From contig DATLSI010000013.1 in NCBI GenBank assembly GCA_035534255.1, positions 60 to 64,059 on the forward strand: a stretch of DNA of 64,000 nt, in the 5' to 3' direction. The position numbers and the translations under genes are program-made. The notes beneath the pieces are model-generated. The model was not told where the DNA came from, searched no databases, and was given only the letters and a program-made list of their open reading frames with translations. Below, in pieces: positions 56,640 through 64,000 of this stretch (positions are counted from its first letter, which is position 1; each line of letters starts with the position of its first letter). This DNA comes from Ktedonobacteraceae bacterium (GTDB taxonomy: Bacteria; Chloroflexota; Ktedonobacteria; Ktedonobacterales; Ktedonobacteraceae).

Positions 56640-57368
56640 CTACACCATTCTGGCCACCAGCTCCTGGGCAAGGTAACTGGCTACCATGGCAGCGTTAGAA
56701 CCCGGTCCAAAACCAGCGTCATAGCCAAGTTCCTTGGCGAAGGCGTGCGAGATGCGCGGCCCACCCACGATGAACAAATAGCGTTCGCGCACACCTTCCG
56801 CCTCTGCCAGTTCGATCAATTTGGTCAGGTTATGGACATGCACATTCTTCTGTGTCACCACCTGCGAGACCAGAATAGCCTCGGCCTGCTCAGCCGCTGC
56901 TCGTCTCAATAAAGCCTCGCAGGAAACCTGTGCGCCCAGGTTCAAAGCGCGAAAGGCGGGAAAGCGTTCAAGTCCATAATTTCCCGCGAAGCCCTTGGCG
57001 TTGAAGATTGCATCGATGCCAACGGTATGCGCGTCGCTCTCGATGGCCGCACCGATCACCGTTACCTGGCGACCCAGGCGTTGCTCGATCAGTTCGTTGA
57101 TCTCGTGAAAGTCCATCTCCTCGTGTGCTAGTTCATCAACCTGAATCTGTTCAACGTCAAGCGTATGCGAACAAGCACCATAGACGACAAAAAAAGTAAA
57201 TGCTTTGTCGATGGCCTCAGTATGGGCCACCACAGGATTGCTGATGCCCATCAGCATGGCATAGCGGCGGGCAGCTTCCCGCCCACGCGCATTAAGCGGC
57301 AGTGGTAGAGTAAATGAAAGTTGGACGACTCCATCGTTGGCGGTATCGCCATAGGGTCTGATCTGCAT
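56640..57368 (-). CDS. kamE: lysine 5,6-aminomutase beta subunit-like B12-binding protein
   Basis: IRPYGDT.NDG.VQLSFTLP dimerisation motif and B12 DxHxxG motif (SDAHTVGIDA). VSQVVTQKNVH and GGPRI..AKELGYDAGFGPG follow C. sticklandii KamE as recalled. Confidence 0.8.
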   Translation of the reverse strand: MQIRPYGDTANDGVVQLSFTLPLPLNARGREAARRYAMLMGISNPVVAHTEAIDKAFTFFVVYGACSHTLDVEQIQVDELAHEEMDFHEINELIEQRLGRQVTVIGAAIESDAHTVGIDAIFNAKGFAGNYGLERFPAFRALNLGAQVSCEALLRRAAAEQAEAILVSQVVTQKNVHVHNLTKLIELAEAEGVRERYLFIVGGPRISHAFAKELGYDAGFGPGSNAAMVASYLAQELVARMV

Positions 57369-57526
57369 AGGAAGTACCTCGATGAGAAGATTATACATAC
57401 TTTACACACAGTATATCATGCCTTCGTTTTGCTATAGAAGGGTTTAAACCCGGCTATATGGTATACTTTGAACAGGCGAACCAAACGAGCGCCACATCGA
57501 TACTATCCCCGAAAGGACTACCAACT

Positions 57527-59089
57527 ATGGCAAATCAGAACGAGCTGTATGACGCGATCATCATCGGAGCGGGACACAATGGTCTCGTGGCCGCAGGCTA
57601 CCTGGCGCGAGCTGGCAAAAAAGTCGTTGTGCTGGAACAACGCGACCGCGTGGGCGGAGCCTGCACCCTCGAAGAGCCGTTCCCCGGCTTCACCATGTCT
57701 CCCTGCGCCTACGTCGTCAGCCTGCTGCGCCCTGAGATCATTCGCGACCTGGAACTGCACCGCTACGGCTTCGACGCCTATGTCAAAGACCCGCAGATGT
57801 TCGTGCCGTTCCTGGATGGCAAGTATCTTTTCTTCCGCGCCAGCACCGAAAAAACCATCGAGGGTATTCGCAAACTTTCCCCACACGACGCTGAGGCCTA
57901 TCCCAAATTTCTACAATTCTTCGACCGCGCCTCGGAGATTCTCAACCCAATTTTGCTGGAAGAGCCACCTTCAGTAGCCGACCTTGCCGCGCGTTTCCGA
58001 GGCGAGGACGAAGAAATATATCGCTACCTCATGTTCGGCAACCTGTACGATATGCTGGCCGATTACTTCGAGTCCGACTACCTGCGAGCAGCCTTCGCGG
58101 GACAGGGAGTGATTGGCTCGTTCATCGGCCCCAAAACACCCGGCTCGGTATACGTCATGTGGCACCATATGTTCGGCGAAGTGAACGGCGAGATGGGCAT
58201 GTGGGGCTATGTGCGCGGCGGCATGGGGCGCATCAGTTTCGCCATGGCTGCTTCAGCCGAGGCGCACGGCGCGGTGATTCGTACCAATACCCCCGTCGCC
58301 AAAATCCTGGTTCACAATGGCAAAGCAGAAGGAGTACTGCTGGAAAACGGCGAAGAGCTGCGCGCCAGCGCGGTTCTCTCCAATGCCGATCCCAAACGCA
58401 CCTTCTTACAATTTTGCGCCGATGCCGACCTGGATAAAGGTTTCCTCAAACGCATCGCGCGTTTCAAGACCGAAAGCGCGGTCATCAAACTCAACGTCGC
58501 CCTGAAAGAACTGCCCAGCTTTAAGTGCTTACCCGGCACAGCGCCCGCCTTGCAGCATGCCGGCTCGCTCGATCTCACTCCCACGCCCGACTGGGTGCAG
58601 AATGCCTACGAAGATGCCATGCACGGCGGCCTCTCACAAAAGCCCTACATCGAAGCGTACATGCAGTCGGCAACCGACCCCACGATTGCGCCTGCAGGGT
58701 ATCATACCATCTCGATGTTCTGCCAGTACGCGCCCTATCACCTGCAAGGTCGCGAGTGGTCGGACGAGGTGAAGAACGAGATGGCAGATCGCATCATCGC
58801 TACCGTGACTGAGTTCGCGCCGAATTTCGCCGACGCGGTTGTGCATCGCCAGGTACTCAGCCCGGTAGACATCGAGCAGCGATACGGCATGCCTGACGGC
58901 AACATCTTCCATGGCGAGATCACCCCAGATCAACTCTTCTCGCTGCGGCCCACGCCCGAATGCGCGCGTTACCGCACGCCCGTCGATGGACTCTACCTGT
59001 GTGGCTCAGGTGTCCACCCCGGCGGCGGCGTGATGGGCGCGCCCGGCCACAACGCCGCGCAAGCGCTGCTGAGCGACTGGGCAAAGTAG
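57527..59089 (+). CDS. phytoene desaturase-family FAD/NAD(P)-dependent oxidoreductase (CrtI-like, COG1233)
   Basis: N-terminal dinucleotide fold DAIIIGAGHNGL...VLEQRDRVGG and C-terminal GSGVHPGGGVMG. Confidence 0.85.
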   Translation: MANQNELYDAIIIGAGHNGLVAAGYLARAGKKVVVLEQRDRVGGACTLEEPFPGFTMSPCAYVVSLLRPEIIRDLELHRYGFDAYVKDPQMFVPFLDGKYLFFRASTEKTIEGIRKLSPHDAEAYPKFLQFFDRASEILNPILLEEPPSVADLAARFRGEDEEIYRYLMFGNLYDMLADYFESDYLRAAFAGQGVIGSFIGPKTPGSVYVMWHHMFGEVNGEMGMWGYVRGGMGRISFAMAASAEAHGAVIRTNTPVAKILVHNGKAEGVLLENGEELRASAVLSNADPKRTFLQFCADADLDKGFLKRIARFKTESAVIKLNVALKELPSFKCLPGTAPALQHAGSLDLTPTPDWVQNAYEDAMHGGLSQKPYIEAYMQSATDPTIAPAGYHTISMFCQYAPYHLQGREWSDEVKNEMADRIIATVTEFAPNFADAVVHRQVLSPVDIEQRYGMPDGNIFHGEITPDQLFSLRPTPECARYRTPVDGLYLCGSGVHPGGGVMGAPGHNAAQALLSDWAK

Positions 59090-59121
59090 TCACCAGGAGC
59101 CACAAACGATAGTTTCTACTC

Positions 59122-59171
59122 TATCCCTTATCTATGATGAGTAAATGTTTATAAATATTCGATAAGGGATA
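59122..59171. repeat. perfect 11-bp inverted repeat in an AT-rich intergenic region
   Basis: TATCCCTTATC (59122-59132) and GATAAGGGATA (59161-59171) with a 28-nt AT-rich spacer. Confidence 0.6.
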
Positions 59172-59311
59172 TATAGTACTAATTTCCCCTTTTTTGAGCA
59201 TATTCATCCATTCATGCCGATGATATGTTACAATTCTTGCAAACATGATGTCCGTCGTGCAGCAAATGCTTAACTTCCAGGTATGCATGTTCCCTGGGAA
59301 AAGGGGATTCC

Positions 59312-60172
59312 GTGAAATTCAAAGTCGCCGTCGTTCAATTTGAAATAAGTCAGTTTGATCCTCAAGAAAATCTGGCGAAAAGCGAACAGTTTATTCAGCA
59401 AGCTGTCGCGTCCTCAGCCGATCTGATCGTCTTTCCCGAAGACTTCATAGTTGGGCCGCTCGATGGGCAGGTTGAATTCGCCGATTTCGAGCAGCGCTAT
59501 GTGAAACATTTCCAACAACTTGCCTCGCAGTACAGTATAGATATCGTGCCTGGCTCCATCATTGAAGGTGACGAGAACGGCCTGTTCAATACAGCCTATT
59601 ACCTTGACCACCACGGCGACATTCTCGGCAAATATCGCAAGGTCAATTTGTGGTTGCCTGAACGCACTTACATAGACCCCGGCCATGATCTGGCAGTCTT
59701 TGAAACGCGTTTCGGCAAAGTTGGCTTGCTTATTTGCTGGGATCTGATGTTTCCTGAGATGTTCCGCGCGATGGTTAGCGAAGGCGTTGAAATAGTTATC
59801 TGCCCCAGCTACTGGTGCCTGGAAGACGCTGGCAAGGGACAGAAGCTCAACCAGCACTCCGAAGTGATGCTCGTGAATGGATTGTGTGTTGCCAGGGCCT
59901 TTGAAAACGAAATCGTGCTGGTCTACGCCAACGCCGCCGGGAAGCTCGTTTCCGAGGGAGCCACAAACACATTGATCGGCCAATCACAGGTGACTGTGCC
60001 ATTCAAGGGGCCGCTCGACATCGTGATGCACAATTTTGAAGACATGTTCGTGCAAGAAGTCGATACAGAGGTGCTGTCGATCGCGGAAGAAGCGTATGAA
60101 ATTCGCAGCGACCTGCGCAAAGGCGTCACTGTCAATGCAAAGTCGCCTGTCCTCAGTTCCATCCAAAAATGA
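59312..60172 (+). CDS. carbon-nitrogen hydrolase (nitrilase superfamily)
   Basis: Glu-Lys-Cys triad contexts FPEDF, YRKVNLW and LLICWDLMFPE. GTG start. Confidence 0.85.
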   Translation: MKFKVAVVQFEISQFDPQENLAKSEQFIQQAVASSADLIVFPEDFIVGPLDGQVEFADFEQRYVKHFQQLASQYSIDIVPGSIIEGDENGLFNTAYYLDHHGDILGKYRKVNLWLPERTYIDPGHDLAVFETRFGKVGLLICWDLMFPEMFRAMVSEGVEIVICPSYWCLEDAGKGQKLNQHSEVMLVNGLCVARAFENEIVLVYANAAGKLVSEGATNTLIGQSQVTVPFKGPLDIVMHNFEDMFVQEVDTEVLSIAEEAYEIRSDLRKGVTVNAKSPVLSSIQK

Positions 60173-60224
60173 ACTGGCTGTGCTATAATCTGGCAGCAGT
60201 TTATTTCAGAAAGTGAACAGAGGC

Positions 60225-60671
60225 ATGCGTTATTTCGAGGATTTTCAGGTAGGCGAGACTATCCAACTTGGTAGCAAGCAGGTATCCGAAGCAGAAATTA
60301 TTGAATTTGCCAGACAATACGACCCACAGCCGTTTCATATTTCCCCTGAAGAGGCGAATAACTCTTTCTACGGCGGACTGATCGCCAGTGGATGGCATAC
60401 TGTGAGCTTGCTGATGCGTATGATGGTTGATGAGATGATAAATGACACTATCAGTATGGGATCGCCCGGTGTAGATGAAGTGCGCTTTTTGAAGCCAGTG
60501 CGACCGGGCGATACGCTGCGAGCGCGTTTGACCATCGTTGATTCTACGCCCTCTAAGAGTAGAGCCAACATGGGTATCCTCAAGTCTAAAAGCGAAGTGT
60601 TCAATCAGCAGGAAGAACTTGTACTGACTATGAACGGCGTCCATTTCATAGGACGCCGCCTACTGACATAG
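60225..60671 (+). CDS. MaoC-like hotdog-fold dehydratase
   Basis: YDPQPFHISPEEA...GGLIASGWHT is typical of the MaoC_dehydratas N-terminal region. Confidence 0.8.
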   Translation: MRYFEDFQVGETIQLGSKQVSEAEIIEFARQYDPQPFHISPEEANNSFYGGLIASGWHTVSLLMRMMVDEMINDTISMGSPGVDEVRFLKPVRPGDTLRARLTIVDSTPSKSRANMGILKSKSEVFNQQEELVLTMNGVHFIGRRLLT

Positions 60672-60727
60672 CTATTACCCTGGACTGAGGACATTTTATC
60701 ATTGATATTCAAAGTAAGGTTTCAGCG

Positions 60728-61453
60728 ATGCAGAAAACCGGGCCATTGAAGGCCGTCTTATTCGACCTGGATGATACCTTGTTCGACCACCGGTTCAGCA
60801 GCCGTAACTCACTCGTTACCATTCAACAACAATACTCCTGTTTTCAACACATAACAATTGACGAACTCGAGCGGGTACATATCACGCTGCTTGAGGAGAT
60901 ACACCTCCAGGTATTGCGCGGCACGATTACGCTGGATGAGGCGAGAATCATGCGCATGCAGCGTCTCTTCGCCCATTTTGGCGAGCAAATCCCCATCTCG
61001 ATTGCTGAAGAGGCGACAACATTTACGCGGCAAACGTACCAAAGTTTCCGGCGCGTTGTTCCAGGGGCAATCGCTTTACTTGAAGCGTTACGCTCACGTG
61101 TAAAAATAGGTATCGTCTCAAACAATATGCTGGTCGAACAACAGGAGAAGCTCAAACACCTGGGGCTGAAAGCATACATCGATGTGCTGGTAGTTTCGGA
61201 AGAGGCTGGATTTATTAAACCCGCCGCGGAAATCTTTCATATCGCGCTCGCGCGATTGCAATGTAAAGCGGAAGAGGCCGTCATGATCGGCGATGCCTGG
61301 CAAAACGATATCGTCGGAGCGCGCGGGGCCGGCATAAGGGCAATCTGGTTGAACCGTGCCGGTATGCCCTGTCCCGACCCCACACTTGCCACAGAAATCA
61401 CTGCCTTTGAACCAATCGAAGATGTGTTAGCGTTACTCTCGCTCCCTTCTTAG
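60728..61453 (+). CDS. HAD-superfamily hydrolase
   Basis: Motif I LFDLDDTL, motif II IVSN, and motif IV GDAWQNDI. Confidence 0.85.
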   Translation: MQKTGPLKAVLFDLDDTLFDHRFSSRNSLVTIQQQYSCFQHITIDELERVHITLLEEIHLQVLRGTITLDEARIMRMQRLFAHFGEQIPISIAEEATTFTRQTYQSFRRVVPGAIALLEALRSRVKIGIVSNNMLVEQQEKLKHLGLKAYIDVLVVSEEAGFIKPAAEIFHIALARLQCKAEEAVMIGDAWQNDIVGARGAGIRAIWLNRAGMPCPDPTLATEITAFEPIEDVLALLSLPS

Positions 61454-61571
61454 AGGTCATCCAGCATGGCGCGGATAAACATCACGGCAACCGATAGCCA
61501 GTCAAACGAGTGCGTCCAGACCACCCACTCCTGCTGCGTGGGCCAGCCCGGTTTGTAACGCGGGATCATTT

Positions 61572-62579
61572 CTACAGGCATGACAGTTGCCCATTTGACG
61601 CCTTCACCCAGTCCGCCATCGCTTCCAATCCTTCGGGGAAATATGCTTGCAACCACTCGACAAGGTCATCGGCCAGTGAAGCTACAAACACGCGTCGCTC
61701 GTTATGCGGGTAAGACCGCAGTTCAAGGCTATAGGCGTGCAGAAATTGCCTTTGTAAACCCGCAGCCGGTGTGCCCTTCTCGGCTGGCAGCGCGTAGGTC
61801 TGATCACCCACGATTGCATAGCCCGCAGCCGCGAGATGAGCGCGTATCTGGTGCGTGCGACCGGTGATGGGCCGCGCTTCCAGCAAGGCATATTCACCTT
61901 TGACAGCAAGTGTACTCACCGTTGTCATGGCGGACTGCCCATCAGGTCCGACGATACAACGGCGGCGATCAAACGGATCGCGTCGCAATGGGCCATCCAG
62001 CACATACCTCACACCATTGGCCACGAGAAGCCCGGCAGTCGCCGCCGTTTGCTGATCGCTCCCCTCTTTGATAGTCACATTGAACTCAGCACGAGGCTTT
62101 GTCCACTCCGGTGATCCTCTACGCACCACTGCCAGGTAACGCTTGATGATGCTGTGATCGTGAAACTGGCGAATAACATGACGCCTGGCGCGCTCGGTAC
62201 GCGCCAGCGCCACGATGCCCGATGTGTCTTTATCGATGCGATGCAGGAGACAGGGACGCGGCAACAATCCTTCCTCCTGCCACTGTTTTGCCCGTTGTTG
62301 CTCGCGCAGCATCTGCTGGATGTGTTCGGGCGCGCCCGACCATTGCGGCTTATCGGGCAGATCGGCGGGTTGCCAGTCATCGCTACCCTGCTCCGCGAGA
62401 TAGGAGAGAATGCTATCCCACATCGTACCATCAGCATGCTTATAAGTGGGATGGATGACCAACCCCGCCGGCTTGTTCACAATCAGCAGGTGGTGATCCT
62501 GGTAAATCACTGGTATGTCGGCTTGTTTCATACGTTGAGTATAGAGCGAATGAGAGCGCCGGTCAATACTGGCCGCCAT
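61572..62579 (-). CDS. RluA-family pseudouridine synthase
   Basis: Catalytic HRIDKDTSGIV and the GRTHQIRAHL motif. Confidence 0.9.
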   Translation of the reverse strand: MAASIDRRSHSLYTQRMKQADIPVIYQDHHLLIVNKPAGLVIHPTYKHADGTMWDSILSYLAEQGSDDWQPADLPDKPQWSGAPEHIQQMLREQQRAKQWQEEGLLPRPCLLHRIDKDTSGIVALARTERARRHVIRQFHDHSIIKRYLAVVRRGSPEWTKPRAEFNVTIKEGSDQQTAATAGLLVANGVRYVLDGPLRRDPFDRRRCIVGPDGQSAMTTVSTLAVKGEYALLEARPITGRTHQIRAHLAAAGYAIVGDQTYALPAEKGTPAAGLQRQFLHAYSLELRSYPHNERRVFVASLADDLVEWLQAYFPEGLEAMADWVKASNGQLSCL

Positions 62580-62611
62580 ACCACAAGTTGAGTTCAGTGG
62601 CTAGCGAAAAG

Positions 62612-62636
62612 CCGGTCGCCATCGGTGAGCGACCGG
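62612..62636 (-). terminator. 8-bp hairpin followed (minus strand) by CTTTTC
   Basis: CCGGTCGC (62612-62619) and GCGACCGG (62629-62636). It lies downstream of the minus-strand ORF ending at 62679. Confidence 0.4.
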
Positions 62637-62899
62637 AGAACACCTCTAAAAGTTATACCGCCTCTATCAATGATCGTTCTAATACAATGTATTTTCTGCT
62701 AACTCCGAGCCAGTCAGCCAGTACTGCGAACCATCACGCGCGCGGTTCATGAAGCGGTATTCATACAATGCACGCCGCAGGGCTGCGCTGTCATTGACGA
62801 TGCTGTGCAAAAGGAGCAACTCGTTTACCACTCCGGGCTTGAAGGCCCCTGGCTTTAGACATGGGGATGAATAGCCCGCCGCCCGCAGGCGGAACATGC

Positions 62900-62928
62900 T
62901 TGACAATACTACAATTTAAGTGTAAAAT
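62900..62928 (+). promoter_or_regulatory. near-consensus sigma-70 promoter directly upstream of tnpB
   Basis: TTGACA (62900-62905), a 17-nt spacer, then TAAAAT (62923-62928). The ATG at 62935 is 6 nt after the -10 element, implying a leaderless or very short-leader mRNA. Confidence 0.55.
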
Positions 62929-62934
62929 GTACGC

Positions 62935-64000
62935 ATGCGTAAAATGTTTCAGTACCGGATATACCCGACCAAAAAGCAGGTGAGAAGCCTTGAGGCGACC
63001 CTTGAAGAGTGCCGCTGGCTGTATAATCACCTGCTTGAGTGCCGTAAGACGGTCTATGAGGGAACGGGTGAAGGACTCACCTGCTACCAGCAACAGGCGA
63101 TGTATCCCATGCTGAAACAGCAACGTCCTTCCCTTGCAAATGTGCATTCCCAGGTGTTGCAGAATGTCGCGGTACGCATTGATCTGGCTATGAAAGCGTT
63201 CTTCCGTCGCTGCAAAGCGGGTGAAGAGCCGGGCTATCCCCGCTTCAAGGGCTACGGTCGCTATGATAGCTTCACCTATCCGCAAAGTGGGTTCAGTCTC
63301 ACGCATGACAACCGCGTCATGCTCTCCAAGATTGGCTCCGTGAAGATGGTCTCTCATCGCCCTGTCAAGGGCACGATTAAAACCTGTACCGTTCAGAGAA
63401 GCAGTACCGGAAAGTGGTATGTATCCTTCTCTGTTGAGTGCGAACCTGAACGCTTGCCCGATGTGCCTGACATGGTTGGCATTGACGTCGGACTCAAAAC
63501 GTTCGCTACCTTGTCCGATGGTGTTGAGATTGCCAATCCGCGTTTTTTCCGCAAGGAAGAGCACGCGTTGGCACAAGCCCAACGCCGCCTCTCTCAAGTA
63601 GCAAAGGGAACGCCTGAAAGACACCACAAACGCAAGGTTGTGGCACGGGTGTATGAGCGTATCGGCTGGCGACGGGAGAACTTCACCCATCAGGAGTCCC
63701 GCAAGATCGTCAACATGCACGGCATAATCTGTGTTGAAGACTTGCACGTCAACCGCATGACCCACAATCATTGTCTGGCAAAAAGCATTAGTGATGCCGC
63801 GTGGTCGGCGTTCTTTGCGCAACTCTCTTGCAAAGCGGCAGAAGCTGGCAGAGCGTTCGTCAAAGTCAACCCGGCCTATACGTCGCAAGATTGCAGCAGG
63901 TGTCACCACCGGCAAAAGATGCCCTTGAGTGAGCGTGTGTATCATTGTCCCTGTTGCCTCCTTTCGATTGATCGCGATGTCAACGCCGCCTTAAACATCA
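62935..64000 (+). CDS. tnpB: IS200/IS605-family TnpB (OrfB) RNA-guided endonuclease; 3' end off-window
   Basis: My own translation, since the gene is not in the ORF track. Reads MRKMFQYRIYPTKKQ..., RuvC-I GIDVGLK, RuvC-II ICVEDL, Zn finger CSRCHH..CPCC, RuvC-III DRDVNAALNI. The frame stays open to position 64000. Confidence 0.9.
   Translation, partial: MRKMFQYRIYPTKKQVRSLEATLEECRWLYNHLLECRKTVYEGTGEGLTCYQQQAMYPMLKQQRPSLANVHSQVLQNVAVRIDLAMKAFFRRCKAGEEPGYPRFKGYGRYDSFTYPQSGFSLTHDNRVMLSKIGSVKMVSHRPVKGTIKTCTVQRSSTGKWYVSFSVECEPERLPDVPDMVGIDVGLKTFATLSDGVEIANPRFFRKEEHALAQAQRRLSQVAKGTPERHHKRKVVARVYERIGWRRENFTHQESRKIVNMHGIICVEDLHVNRMTHNHCLAKSISDAAWSAFFAQLSCKAAEAGRAFVKVNPAYTSQDCSRCHHRQKMPLSERVYHCPCCLLSIDRDVNAALNI

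Larger units (their letters stand above)
62876..64000 (+). mobile_element. IS605-family element, TnpB-only as far as visible (IS1341-like); left boundary approximate, right end off-window
   Basis: A tnpB gene with no tnpA upstream. A small subterminal hairpin CCGCC..GGCGG (62876-62892) sits just 5' of the promoter. Confidence 0.5.

Noticed and set aside
59122-59171. 11-bp inverted repeat considered as the terminator of the CrtI-like gene
   Set aside because: The 28-nt AT-rich loop and the lack of an adjacent T-tract make an intrinsic terminator unlikely. It is kept only as a repeat or possible operator.
61450-61656. 68-aa minus-strand ORF between the HAD and rluA-family genes
   Set aside because: It overlaps the rluA-family 3' end by 85 nt and the HAD stop. 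It has no RBS or motif and is probably spurious.
62791-63945. 384-aa minus-strand ORF, the only long ORF the track reports at the right edge
   Set aside because: It is antisense to a textbook TnpB frame on the plus strand, which is open to the window end and so was not listed. The minus-strand product has no motifs.
1-64000. Search for tRNA, rRNA, tmRNA and CRISPR arrays in all intergenic gaps longer than 100 nt
   Set aside because: I saw no T-loop-like GGTTCGAATCC-type sequences, no rRNA-like conserved blocks, and no spaced direct repeats. A manual scan has limited sensitivity.

Overview
Dense 64-kb chromosomal window that looks moderately GC-rich by eye. I call about 60 protein genes. I recognised no rRNA, tRNA or CRISPR array. 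The gene content suggests a Chloroflexota (Ktedonobacteria-like) or related Terrabacteria genome; this is inference only. That content includes several Hanks-type Ser/Thr kinases carrying zinc ribbons, a full coenzyme F420 tail-biosynthesis set, a transcription-terminating T-box, and an ECF sigma / ZAS anti-sigma pair. Core genes present are sucA-sucB, ileS, a gyrB-gyrA-like pair, an rluA-family gene and a homoserine dehydrogenase family gene. The F420 island is cofE, an FbiB-C-like nitroreductase, cofD, cofC, fgd and a PPOX-class gene. Six items seem most worth follow-up. (1) A GrdB-family gene has a single in-frame TGA that creates a UxxC motif (candidate selenoprotein) and sits in a patch of decayed genes. 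(2) An Ile-specific T-box leader has an AlaX-like trans-editing gene, not ileS, as its first downstream gene. (3) A candidate cobalamin riboswitch precedes an ATPase-less ABC permease plus ThiY/NMT1-like binding protein. (4) An intact TnpB (IS605-family) gene runs off the right edge; it is absent from the supplied ORF track and has a near-consensus promoter. (5) An RsrA-like soluble ZAS anti-sigma has the same Cys/His spacing as S. coelicolor RsrA. (6) A kinase-FHA fusion lies directly downstream of the 2-oxoglutarate dehydrogenase genes. All product calls rest on motifs read from the translations and on recalled family signatures. No database search was run.
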